Origin: Thermoplasmata archaeon
Lineage (GTDB): Archaea; Thermoplasmatota; E2; JACPAO01; JAHFTW01
Assembly: GCA_034667725.1 (NCBI GenBank)
Contig: JAXDQS010000001.1
Span: 173,593 to 237,592, forward strand
Direction of reading: 5' to 3'
DNA: 64,000 nucleotides
Part shown: positions 9,536 through 18,522 of the stretch, piece by piece
Layout of the letters: every line of letters starts with the position of its first letter
Position numbering within the stretch: position 1 is the stretch's first letter
Notes under the pieces: model-generated
What the model saw: the letters and a program-made list of their open reading frames with translations, nothing else
Database searches by the model: none
Told to the model about the DNA's origin: nothing
Translations under genes and position numbers: made by a program

Positions 9536-10506
9536 TGGCGAAGCCGAAGCCCGCGCGGGGCCAACGGCTGGACGGCGTGGTGCGCGTGGCCGACGAGGCC
9601 GCCGCCAACCGCATCTTCCAGCGCAGCTTCATCGGCACGCTCGGGCCCGGCAACGCGCTCACCCTGAGCGACGTCGAGGCCGCCTGGCTCGTGACCCAGG
9701 AGCGCCTCGCCGTCGACGGCCAGACCGTGGCCAGCCTGCTGCGCGCCGCCGGCCGCGCCGCCGAAGTCGGGTTCCTCGCCTACGCCGACCTGCGCGACCG
9801 CGGCCTCGTCGTGCGCCACGACGGCGACGCGTTCGCCGTGTGGCCGCGCGGCCACGGCCCGCCCGCGCCTCCCCAGTTCCGGCTCCACGTGCGCGCCGAG
9901 CGCGAGCCCGTGCCCGCCGCGACCCTGCAGGCATGGGCGGCCGCGGGCGACCTGGTGGCCGTCGTGGACGAGGACGGCGCCGTGACGCACTACCGGATGG
10001 CGCCCGAGTCGCCGGCCGGCAACGTACCCGTCGGCGAACTGCCGGCGTGCGAGGCCTTCCCCATGACGGATCGCGTCCTGGTGGCGGACGGCGGGCCCCT
10101 GCAGGCGGCGTTCCTAGGCACGCCGACCGGAGCGGGGCTGGTGCTGTCCTTCACCGAGGCGGAGTGGCTGCATGGCCGCGGCGTGCTCGCGCACAGCGTG
10201 GCCGCCGCCGCGCGCAAGGCGCAGCCGGACTTCGACCTGGTCCTGGCCGCCTATTCCCGGCTGCGCGCCGCCGGGCTGGTGGTCAAGTCGGGCTTCAAGT
10301 TCGGCACGCATCTGCGCGCGTACACGGACGACCCTGACCGGACGCACGCGCAGTTCCTCGTCCATTGCCACGCCCCGGGTTCGAGCCATGCGTGGGTGGA
10401 GTTGAGCCGCGCGGTGCGCCTGGCCCATGGCGTCCGCAAGCGGTTCCTGCTCGCGGTCGTGGGCGACGAAGTGGCGTTCGTCGGCTTCGAGTGGTTCAGG
10501 CCATAG
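9535..10506 (+). CDS. endA: tRNA-splicing endonuclease, two-repeat (alpha2-type) EndA
   Basis: 323 aa with two tandem EndA-like repeats. The C-terminal catalytic repeat has the conserved FKFGTHLRAY…HAQFLV…RLAHGVRKRFLLAVV motif, and the protein ends …EWFRP. Confidence 0.7.
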   Translation: MAKPKPARGQRLDGVVRVADEAAANRIFQRSFIGTLGPGNALTLSDVEAAWLVTQERLAVDGQTVASLLRAAGRAAEVGFLAYADLRDRGLVVRHDGDAFAVWPRGHGPPAPPQFRLHVRAEREPVPAATLQAWAAAGDLVAVVDEDGAVTHYRMAPESPAGNVPVGELPACEAFPMTDRVLVADGGPLQAAFLGTPTGAGLVLSFTEAEWLHGRGVLAHSVAAAARKAQPDFDLVLAAYSRLRAAGLVVKSGFKFGTHLRAYTDDPDRTHAQFLVHCHAPGSSHAWVELSRAVRLAHGVRKRFLLAVVGDEVAFVGFEWFRP

Positions 10507-10597
10507 GCATCACCGCCGCCGACATGGATCGGCCTGGCTTGGACGTTGGCGGGGGTCGGGTGGATTCGGACGCGCCTTGGCCTGCACGTTCCAGGCC

Positions 10598-11779
10598 ATG
10601 GCGCCCCGCGCCCATTCCGTCCTCATGCGCCGCGTCCTCGCCCTCATGCTCGCCCTCGCGCTCGTGCCCGCGCCAAGCTTGGCCGAACCTGCGTCCCTTC
10701 CCGACCTTCGGATCGTCGAGCTGCTGCCCGAGCCCGACACCGCCCTTGGCCAGCGCGAGTTCGTGGAAATCTGGAACGCCGGCAACGCCAGCGTCGAGCT
10801 AGCGGGCTGGAAGATCGGCGACAGCGGAACCAGCACCTTCGTGTTCCCGGCCTGGACCCTTGCGCCCGGCCGCAGGGTCGTCGTCTGGGGCGGGGGACCG
10901 GCCGACGCCGCGGGCCCGGCCTGGCCCGACGCCACCGTCTGGAACAACGCCGGCGACGCGGCCTACCTGCGCGCCCCGGACGGCACGCTCGTCGACTCCT
11001 TGGGCTTCGGGACCGCCCCCGCGCCTGCCGAGCCCAAGCCGCCGAAAGGCCAGTCGCTCCAAGAGGAAGCCGGAGTGTGGCGGGCGGGGACGCCGACGCC
11101 TGGGGTCGCCCCCGGCGCCGTCGCCGGCACCATCACGCTGGCCATCGCCAACGCGCCCCCGACGCTCGGCTGGACCCGCCTGCCCGTCTCGGCCCGCCAC
11201 GGCGCCCTGGTCGAGGTCGCATTCACGGTCGGCGACCCGAACGGCGACGCCGACGTCGCGGCGTGGTCGTTGCACGCGGCGGGCGTCCAGGTCGCCCACG
11301 GGACTGCCGCCGGCTCCCAGGCGGCGAGCTTCGCGGCGCCTGCCGTGGGCGCGGCGCTCGACCTGCTGCTCACGGCGCGGGACGGGCTCGGCAGCAACGC
11401 CACCTTGGCCGCTCGGCTGGACCTGCGCGACAGCGACCTCGGCGTCACGTTCCCCGACGGGCCGGTCAGGTTCGAGGCCGTGCCGGGCGCCGCGCAGGCG
11501 CTGGCCGTGGGCCGGCTTCGGCTCGACAACGCCGGCGCCAGCCCGGTGGTTCCGCTGCTGGACGTCTCCCAGTTCCGCGCCACCGCTGCCGCCTTCGACC
11601 CGGAAGGCCGCCTCCTGCTGGGCTGGGACGACGCATGGCATCCCTACACGGGGCCGCTCACGCCGTTGGCCGCCATCCCGCCCGGCGGCGTCCTCGACCT
11701 CCGGTTGCGGCTGGACGGCGTGCCGTCGCAACTGCCGGTCGGCAGCTACGGCGCCAGCTTCACGGTGGTGCCCGCATGA
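10598..11779 (+). CDS. Secreted lamin-tail-domain (LTD) protein
   Basis: Signal peptide MAPRAHSVLMRRVLALMLALALVPAPSLA. The LTD signature is RIVELLPEP…EFVEIWNAGNASVELAGWKIGD…G, followed by a Pro-rich linker and a beta-rich C-terminal region. Confidence 0.6.
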   Translation: MAPRAHSVLMRRVLALMLALALVPAPSLAEPASLPDLRIVELLPEPDTALGQREFVEIWNAGNASVELAGWKIGDSGTSTFVFPAWTLAPGRRVVVWGGGPADAAGPAWPDATVWNNAGDAAYLRAPDGTLVDSLGFGTAPAPAEPKPPKGQSLQEEAGVWRAGTPTPGVAPGAVAGTITLAIANAPPTLGWTRLPVSARHGALVEVAFTVGDPNGDADVAAWSLHAAGVQVAHGTAAGSQAASFAAPAVGAALDLLLTARDGLGSNATLAARLDLRDSDLGVTFPDGPVRFEAVPGAAQALAVGRLRLDNAGASPVVPLLDVSQFRATAAAFDPEGRLLLGWDDAWHPYTGPLTPLAAIPPGGVLDLRLRLDGVPSQLPVGSYGASFTVVPA

Positions 11780-12357
11780 TTGCCGCCCTCGCCGCCGCCA
11801 TCGTCCTCCAGCCGGTCCTGGCCGAGCCGGCCGACGTGCGCCTGGTCGCGGCCGGCACCGGCGACGCGCCCATCGACTGGCTGGTGGACGGCGCCTTGGC
11901 CGCCACGACCCAGGACCGCCAGCCGGCCACCGTCCATCTGGCCGCCGGCTACCATACCGTCGCCGCGCGCAGCGCCAGCCCGACGCCATGGCGCGTCGTG
12001 GCCCGCCCCGACCCGCCTGGCCCCGGCTTGGTCTACGTGCCGGCGTGGACCGGCGCAAGCGACGGGGCCCCGCCTGCGGCGGCCCCGGTCCCAGCCGCGC
12101 CGGCCCTGACGCTGTTGGCTTGCCTTTTGACCTCGATGGCCGTGCGGCGCGCGTGCACATCGACCCCTGGGGCTCCTCGCAGTACCAGGACTATGCCAGG
12201 CTCCGCACCGAGTTCGGCATCGGCGCCTTCGGGCCCGAGGAGTGGGGCGCCTTCCGCGACGCGCACCGGCTGTTCCGGCGCAACGTGGTCTTCGGGCACC
12301 GCGACTTCGAGCGGGTGGCGGACGCCGTGCGGGGGCAGGATCCTTGGTCCGTCATGA
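11776..12357 (+). CDS. Small secreted/membrane protein; 3' end undefined (runs into trpS in another frame)
   Basis: ATG overlaps the upstream stop (ATGA). N-terminal hydrophobic segment MIAALAAAIVLQPVLA and a C-terminal hydrophobic + RR segment (…ALTLLACLLTSMAVRRA, near 12165). No stop codon occurs until 12357, overlapping trpS by ~240 nt. This is either a frameshift or a genuine overlap. Confidence 0.3.
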   Translation: MIAALAAAIVLQPVLAEPADVRLVAAGTGDAPIDWLVDGALAATTQDRQPATVHLAAGYHTVAARSASPTPWRVVARPDPPGPGLVYVPAWTGASDGAPPAAAPVPAAPALTLLACLLTSMAVRRACTSTPGAPRSTRTMPGSAPSSASAPSGPRSGAPSATRTGCSGATWSSGTATSSGWRTPCGGRILGPS

Positions 12358-13487
12358 CCGGCTTCATGCCGAGCGGCGACCTGCACATGGGCCACAAGAT
12401 GGTGCTGGAGCAGGTCATCGCGCACCAAGGCGAAGGGGCCGACGCGCAGCTTGCCTTGGCGGACTTCGAGGCCATGGCGGCGCGCCACTTCACCAAGGAG
12501 AAGGCGCAGCGCATCGCGCTCGACCAGTACGTGCACAACGCCCTCGCCTTGGGCTTCGACACCTCGCGCGGCGGCTTCTATTTCCAGACGCGGCGCCGCC
12601 GGGTGCGCGACCTGGCGGACCGGTTCGCGCACAAGGTCAACTGGTCGAACCTGCAGGCGCTCTACGGCTTCAGTGGCGAGACCACGCTGGCCCACGCGAT
12701 GGCGCCGCTGGTGCAGGCGGCCGACATCCTGCACGTCCAGACGGACGAGGTCGGCCCGCGCCCCGTCCTCGTCCCCGTCGGAGTGGACCAGGATCCGCAC
12801 ATCCGCCTGACGCGCGACATCGCCCAGGACTGGCGCCTGTTCAACGTCCAGACGGCCGACAAGGAGATCGGCGTCTTCGTCAAGGCCGACGAAGGCGTGC
12901 GCGAGCTTCTGGACCTGGCGGAGAAGACCCTGCGCGACCAAGGCTACGGCGAGCTGCGCCGCAACGACGGCTACAAGGCGCTCTACGTCAAGGGCGCGAC
13001 GCCCGGCGACCTGCGCCGCATCGACGCCGCCTTGGCTCGCGCCGAGCGCCGCGCGACGCCGGAGGGCTCCCCGAACGGGCCCGCCTTCGTGCGCCCGTCG
13101 GCGACCTTCCACCGCTTCATGACCGGCCTCCAGGGCGGCAAGATGTCCAGCTCCAAGCCGGAGACCAGCGTCTTCCTCACCGAGGAGCCCAAGACGGCCG
13201 AGAAGAAGCTGCGCGCCTCCGTCACGGGTGGCCGCGCCACCGCGGAGGAGCAGCGCCGCATCGGCGCCGAGCCGCACAAGTGCCCGGTATACGAGATGTA
13301 TCTCTACCACTTGGCAAAGGACGACGCCCACCTGCAGGAGGTCCACGACACTTGCTCCTCGGGCGCGCGCCTGTGCGGCGGCTGCAAGGGCGAGGCGGTC
13401 GGCCTGCTGGTGGAGTTCCTCAAGTCGCACCGCGAGCGCCGCGACCAGGTGGCCCACCTCGTGCCCAAGGCCGTGGCCGCCGATTAG
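12120..13487 (+). CDS. trpS: Tryptophan--tRNA ligase (archaeal/eukaryotic type)
   Basis: Class I motifs GFMPSGDLHMGH (HIGH-like) and KMSSS, plus the archaeal TrpRS N-terminal V..PW…DY..L…FG block. The start is uncertain: TTG 12120, GTG 12153 or ATG 11988. Confidence 0.85.
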   Translation: MPFDLDGRAARVHIDPWGSSQYQDYARLRTEFGIGAFGPEEWGAFRDAHRLFRRNVVFGHRDFERVADAVRGQDPWSVMTGFMPSGDLHMGHKMVLEQVIAHQGEGADAQLALADFEAMAARHFTKEKAQRIALDQYVHNALALGFDTSRGGFYFQTRRRRVRDLADRFAHKVNWSNLQALYGFSGETTLAHAMAPLVQAADILHVQTDEVGPRPVLVPVGVDQDPHIRLTRDIAQDWRLFNVQTADKEIGVFVKADEGVRELLDLAEKTLRDQGYGELRRNDGYKALYVKGATPGDLRRIDAALARAERRATPEGSPNGPAFVRPSATFHRFMTGLQGGKMSSSKPETSVFLTEEPKTAEKKLRASVTGGRATAEEQRRIGAEPHKCPVYEMYLYHLAKDDAHLQEVHDTCSSGARLCGGCKGEAVGLLVEFLKSHRERRDQVAHLVPKAVAAD

Positions 13488-13530
13488 GCGGGGCGAAGGC
13501 GTTTCAGGCATTGCCGCCATCGGCGCGGCG

Positions 13531-15207
13531 TTGCGCGTCCCGCTTGCCGCCCTGCTCCTGCTGGCCCCCATGCTGTCCGGCTGCGCCTTGCTGGACGAGC
13601 TGCAGCGGCCCGGCTACCACGTGCGCGCCACCATGCCCGAGGAGGCGGGCTGGAACACGGACGCCCGTTTCCAGGTCGCCACCGAGGAGGCGGTCGAGAT
13701 CCGCATCACGGCCGACGCGCAGGACGGCCGCCACGTCGAGCGTTCGGGCGTCGGCGACGTCACGCTGGAAATCCCCGACGGCGTGTGGGACGTCAGCTAC
13801 ACCGTCGGTGGCTACGACTGGAAGTCCTATGAGGGCCTGCGCTACGACACGACCCCGCCCACCATCACGGGCCTGGAGCTGGTCGGCAACGCCCGCGACG
13901 GCGCCTACACGCTCGGGCAAGGCGCCACCATCCAAGGCCACGTCGCGCTCGCCGTCATCGACCTCCAGACCGGCCAGGCCGTCGCCACCACCCTCCCGCA
14001 CCTGCTCACCAACCTGCCGGACGGGCTGCAGACCTACCTGGTGAGCGCCCGCGACGAGGCGGGCAACGTCAACAACCTCACCGTCCAGGTCCGGGTCGGC
14101 TCCGCCGTCGACCTGCCCGCCGGCCAGCACACCTTCGGCGTGGTCGCGCGCTACACCAACCGCGTCCAGCTCTGGGACCTCGCCAACCTCAAGGCCTACC
14201 AGGCGCCCGCCGCCGCCCGCGCCGCCACCGGCGCCGCCTACCTCGGGGCCGGCTACGCCATCACGCCCGACGACGACGCGGTCAAGAACGTGGTCGCCGC
14301 CCACGTGGACGCCTCCATGACGACCGCGGAGGCAGCGCTCGCCTTGTTCAGATACATGGCCGAGAACCTGGAGTACGACGAAGGCCGCCTCGACAACACT
14401 TTCATCCTGACGCCGCGCCAGACCCTGCTCGACACCGAGGACGAGGCCGGCCGCGACTGCGCCGACCCCAAGGGCCCGGCGGCCGAGTGCGACGGCATCG
14501 TGCAGGCCGGCGCAGGCAATGGCGTGCGCGGCGGCATCTGCCGCGACCTGGCCGCGGCCTACGTCAGCCTGCTGCGCGCCGCCGGCATCCCTGCCCGCCT
14601 CGTCTCCGGCTACGTCGGCGGCGAGGTCAACGGCTTCCACGCCTGGGTCGAGTTCCACGGCGGCCTGCCGGGCAGCCCGAGCCCCTGGGTCCCGGTGGAC
14701 GTCAGCTCCATCGACGGGCCCTACAGCGACTCCGTCATGCTGCAGTCGTTCGGCATCAGCCTCCCCGAGTACCTCCCGCTGCGCGACGTGCCGCCCGACG
14801 GCGAGAAGGCCGGCTGGAGCACCGCCTTGGGCGTGCGCTACGAATGGCCGCCCTCCCAGCCCGAGCCCAAGATCAGCTTCGAGAAGGCCATCTCGGAGCA
14901 GCACACGGAGCAGAAGGTGCTGTGCTTCAACCCGCAGACCCGCGCCCGCGCCGTGGCCCAGCAGTCGTCGTCGTGCGGCTCCGGCTACGGCTTCTACCTC
15001 GGCGGCTTCACGACGGCCACCACCCGCACCATCGACTACGGCATCCTCGTCCAGTCCGCGCCGCCGGGCACGGAGGTCGTCGCCCAGGTCGCCTACCCGT
15101 TCCCGGACGCCGCCGCGCCCAACCAGGTGGACTACCAGTTCTACGGCAAACCCTTCACCAAGGACACGGAAGGCGGCAAGGCGATCGCGCGTTTCGCAGC
15201 GCCGTGA
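13531..15207 (+). CDS. Transglutaminase-like (Cys-His-Asp core) putative lipoprotein
   Basis: Signal peptide with LSGC lipobox (MRVPLAALLLLAPMLSGC). The transglutaminase-like core is GGICRDLAAAYVSLLRAAGIPARLVSGY…GFHAWVEF…PVD. TTG start at 13531. Confidence 0.7.
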   Translation: MRVPLAALLLLAPMLSGCALLDELQRPGYHVRATMPEEAGWNTDARFQVATEEAVEIRITADAQDGRHVERSGVGDVTLEIPDGVWDVSYTVGGYDWKSYEGLRYDTTPPTITGLELVGNARDGAYTLGQGATIQGHVALAVIDLQTGQAVATTLPHLLTNLPDGLQTYLVSARDEAGNVNNLTVQVRVGSAVDLPAGQHTFGVVARYTNRVQLWDLANLKAYQAPAAARAATGAAYLGAGYAITPDDDAVKNVVAAHVDASMTTAEAALALFRYMAENLEYDEGRLDNTFILTPRQTLLDTEDEAGRDCADPKGPAAECDGIVQAGAGNGVRGGICRDLAAAYVSLLRAAGIPARLVSGYVGGEVNGFHAWVEFHGGLPGSPSPWVPVDVSSIDGPYSDSVMLQSFGISLPEYLPLRDVPPDGEKAGWSTALGVRYEWPPSQPEPKISFEKAISEQHTEQKVLCFNPQTRARAVAQQSSSCGSGYGFYLGGFTTATTRTIDYGILVQSAPPGTEVVAQVAYPFPDAAAPNQVDYQFYGKPFTKDTEGGKAIARFAAP

Positions 15208-15256
15208 CCCGCTGCCCGCCATACCATCAAATAGCTCCGAAACAACCCGCGCCTGC

Positions 15257-17497
15257 TTGGTGGTCGCCTCGCGCTGCGTCGCCGTCCTGCTTGCCTTGGC
15301 CGTGGCCACCCTCCTGGTGCCCCCCGCCACCGCGCCCCTCCCGCCCGGCTGCTCGCTTGGCACCTTCGTGGAGGTCGCGACCCCGGCCGACGGCAGCACC
15401 GTCAGCGGCCCCGCCAGCGTCGCCGGCACGAGCGCCTTGTGCGGCGACGCCAACAACGACGGCTTCGTGGTGGTCGCCGTCACGGACACCGGCATCAACC
15501 CCTACAACCCCGACTTCGGCCGGGTCCCGGGCCAACCCACGGGCCACCCTAGCAGCTACGTCGACGCGTTCCCGTCCGGCATGGCGACCCTCACCCCCAG
15601 CTGCACCGCCACCTCGGGCATCGTCGCCGCCTGCGCCAGCGACTTTGCCGGCGTCGCCACCGGCACGCCCTACTGGATCGAGGGCACCAAGGTCATCGCC
15701 GCCATCAGCTTCGACCCCTACGGCGCGGTCCCCATCCTGGACGAGAACGGCCACGGCACCGCCAGCGCCTCGGTCGCCATCGGCAACACGAACGGCCTCT
15801 GCCCCGCCTGCCTCCTGGTCGTGGTCGAAGGCCTGCTCGACGAAGGGGTCGCCTGGGCCGCCAGCCAGCCTTACGTCGACATCATCACCAACTCTTGGGT
15901 GTCCGCCGCGGCCGGGCTGGCCACCAACGTCGGGGGCGCCGAGATTCCCGAGACCAAGGCCCTGGTCGAGGAGGGCGGGTCGGTGCTGTTCGCCGCCGGC
16001 AACGGCCACGAGAACATGTTCATCACGCCGATGCAGACCTACGAGTCCGGCTACACCGGCGTCGACTGGCACATGGTCGTGGGCGCCGTTTTCCCCGGCG
16101 ACACCAGCGTCCTCGGCTCCGGCAAGCCCGTCCACGTCTCCAGCTACGGCGCCGCGGTCCCGTCCGCCTGCCACGACGACGCCAGCTCCTCCTGCTTCCA
16201 CAGCGGCACCAGCGCCGCCACACCCCAGGTCGCCGGCGCCCTCGGCCACGTCCTCACCAAGGCCAAGCGGCTCCTGGACAGCAAGCACGAAGGCCCCGAA
16301 GGCACGGTCCTCATCGCGGGCGAGCCGTTCGGCGTCGCGGCCAAGGGCGACCTCGTGCCCGGCAACCAGTACCTCGACGACGGCCTGCTGACCCGCCAGG
16401 AGCTGTGGAACCTCGTGCTCCGCACGGCGGCGCCCCTGAGCGCCACGCCCGACCCGCTCTACTCCCCGCCCTCCATCGGCCTGCCCGCCAGCCCGGTCGA
16501 CCACGGCTACGCCGGCTACGGTGTGGTCAACCAGGCCAGCCGCGACGACGCCATCGACCGCCTCGCCGCCGGCTCCGACCTCCCCGACACCACCGACGTG
16601 GACGACTTCATCCGCCAAGACTCCGAGGTCCGCGTCGCCTACTGGGGCCCATGGGCCGAGAGCAAGATGGGCACCAACATCGGCGCCGCCGGCGTCCCGC
16701 CCGGCGGGCCCCCGCTGCCGCCGGCCCTCAAGCTCAAGGTCAACGGCCTGCCCGCCGGCACGACCACGCCCGACGCCATGGGCGGCTGGGACCTGCCGGT
16801 GGACTTCGGCGCGTTCCCCGCCGTCGCCGGCGCCTACGTGGTGCGCGCCGAGTACGCCGGCGTGTCGGACGTCGTCACCTACCTCGCCCCGACGGGCGGC
16901 GGCGGAGGCGGCGGCGCCAGCCCCACGCCCGACGAGCCGGCCGCGACCACCGCCACGACGCCCCCGGCCGACCTCGACGGCGACGGGCACCCCGACGGGC
17001 TCGACGACTGCCCGAGCGTCGTCGACCCCGACCAGTCCGACCTCGACCGCGACGGCGCCGGCGACGCCTGCGACGACGACCGCGACGGCGACACCATCGG
17101 CAACGCCATGGACCGCTGCCCGTCCGCCCCCGACCGGAGCCAGGCGGACCTCGACGGCGACGGCAAGGGCGACGCCTGCGACGACGACCTCGACGGCGAC
17201 GGCGTGCGCAACGCCGCCGACAACTGCCCGTCCGACCGCAACGCCGACCAGCGCAACAGCGACGGCGACCCGCCCGGCGACGCCTGCGAGGCCGCCTTCG
17301 GCCCGCCGCAGGACTCGGGCATCCCGCTCGGGGCGCCCGCCGAGGCCCGCGCCGCCGAGGCCCGCGCGGCCGACGCGGCGCCCGCCAAGGCCGCCAACCT
17401 GGAGTTCGTGCTCGCCATGGGGCTCATCGCCGGCGTTTTGACCTGCGCCCTGCTCGCCGTCCTCGTGGCCGCGCGGCGCAGGAAGCGGGACGAGTGA
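15257..17497 (+). CDS. Subtilisin-like S8 serine protease with C-terminal thrombospondin-type-3 repeats and TM anchor
   Basis: Catalytic triad contexts VVAVTDTGI (Asp), DENGHGTASAS (His) and HSGTSAATPQVAG (Ser). Four or more DxDxDG…C TSP3-like repeats (DLDGDGHPD…CDDDRDGD…). The C-terminus is a hydrophobic helix + RRRKRDE. Confidence 0.85.
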   Translation: MVVASRCVAVLLALAVATLLVPPATAPLPPGCSLGTFVEVATPADGSTVSGPASVAGTSALCGDANNDGFVVVAVTDTGINPYNPDFGRVPGQPTGHPSSYVDAFPSGMATLTPSCTATSGIVAACASDFAGVATGTPYWIEGTKVIAAISFDPYGAVPILDENGHGTASASVAIGNTNGLCPACLLVVVEGLLDEGVAWAASQPYVDIITNSWVSAAAGLATNVGGAEIPETKALVEEGGSVLFAAGNGHENMFITPMQTYESGYTGVDWHMVVGAVFPGDTSVLGSGKPVHVSSYGAAVPSACHDDASSSCFHSGTSAATPQVAGALGHVLTKAKRLLDSKHEGPEGTVLIAGEPFGVAAKGDLVPGNQYLDDGLLTRQELWNLVLRTAAPLSATPDPLYSPPSIGLPASPVDHGYAGYGVVNQASRDDAIDRLAAGSDLPDTTDVDDFIRQDSEVRVAYWGPWAESKMGTNIGAAGVPPGGPPLPPALKLKVNGLPAGTTTPDAMGGWDLPVDFGAFPAVAGAYVVRAEYAGVSDVVTYLAPTGGGGGGGASPTPDEPAATTATTPPADLDGDGHPDGLDDCPSVVDPDQSDLDRDGAGDACDDDRDGDTIGNAMDRCPSAPDRSQADLDGDGKGDACDDDLDGDGVRNAADNCPSDRNADQRNSDGDPPGDACEAAFGPPQDSGIPLGAPAEARAAEARAADAAPAKAANLEFVLAMGLIAGVLTCALLAVLVAARRRKRDE

Positions 17498-18420
17498 GCC
17501 GCGGCGGCCCCGCCGGCCTCTTCCCCGTCCTGGCGGCGCTGCTCTTGGCGGTGCCGCTGTCGGGCTGCTCCGGCGCCGACTCCGGCCGCGAGGCAGCGCT
17601 CGGCAGCCTCCGGTTCCCCGCCACGATGCGGGTCGCGACCACGCCCGACGACCCGTTCGAGGCCGTCGGCGACCTGCGCGTCGCCTGGCAGGGCACGGTG
17701 TTCGCGATCGCCTCCGAGGGGGAGGGCGACCTGGCCCGCCGCAGCGTCGTGGACGGGGCGCTCGCCTACACCACCAACCAAGGCATCGCCTGGACCCGGC
17801 ACCCCTGGCCCGAGAGCCTGGGCACCGTGAGCGCCCGCCTCCTGCTGTGGAACGTGCGCGCCCTGGCCGAGGACCCCGCGCTCGCGATGACGGTCGAGGA
17901 CACCGCCGAGGGCCGCAACCTGACGTTCGCCGGCACGCTGGTCCGGGGCGTCCGCGAGTACCCGGTGCGCCTGGAGCTGGGGGTCCGCGGCGACGACGTC
18001 GTGTGGGCCCGCCTGGACGCGCCCGCCGGACGTGAATCGCCATTCACGTTTCGCCCCGTCGAGGGGTTCCCGTTCCCCGCGCAGGCCCCCGCCGCCAGCC
18101 GGACGCCGGACGAGGCCTCCACCGGCGAACGGGCCAGCCACCCGTCCCACGTCCAGATCCTGGGCTGGATCCAGGACTACCGCCAGACCCGCGGCACGCT
18201 GCCCCCCGAGCCCAGCCCCGACGCGCTCCGGCTCCAGCTGCTCGCCTCCGGCAAGGAGTGGCCCCGCAACGCCTTCGACGGCCAGCCCATCGCCAACCGG
18301 CGCGCCTCCGGCCACTTCGAGTGGACCCGCTGCGGCGACCAGGACGGCGACTACCGCGGCCTCGGCCACGACGGCATCCTGGTCCAGCAGGTGTTCGGGG
18401 CGGGCTGCAAAACCCTATAA
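17494..18420 (+). CDS. Hypothetical lipoprotein
   Basis: GTG start overlapping the protease stop (GTGA). Signal peptide with lipobox LSGC (MSRGGPAGLFPVLAALLLAVPLSGCSG). 308 aa with no recognisable catalytic motif. Confidence 0.5.
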   Translation: MSRGGPAGLFPVLAALLLAVPLSGCSGADSGREAALGSLRFPATMRVATTPDDPFEAVGDLRVAWQGTVFAIASEGEGDLARRSVVDGALAYTTNQGIAWTRHPWPESLGTVSARLLLWNVRALAEDPALAMTVEDTAEGRNLTFAGTLVRGVREYPVRLELGVRGDDVVWARLDAPAGRESPFTFRPVEGFPFPAQAPAASRTPDEASTGERASHPSHVQILGWIQDYRQTRGTLPPEPSPDALRLQLLASGKEWPRNAFDGQPIANRRASGHFEWTRCGDQDGDYRGLGHDGILVQQVFGAGCKTL

Positions 18421-18522
18421 CCTGCACGCCAAGTTGCCTCTTTGCCCCAGAGGCACGGCCCTGCCGCGAACCTGGGGAAAGTCGGTGTTGCCTTGCCTGT
18501 CCGGGACCGTCCCATCGCCGCG

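Noticed and set aside
12242-14044. 600-aa plus-strand ORF in the third frame across trpS and the transglutaminase gene
   Set aside because: Its R/P/G-rich composition is junk, and it overlaps two strongly supported genes.
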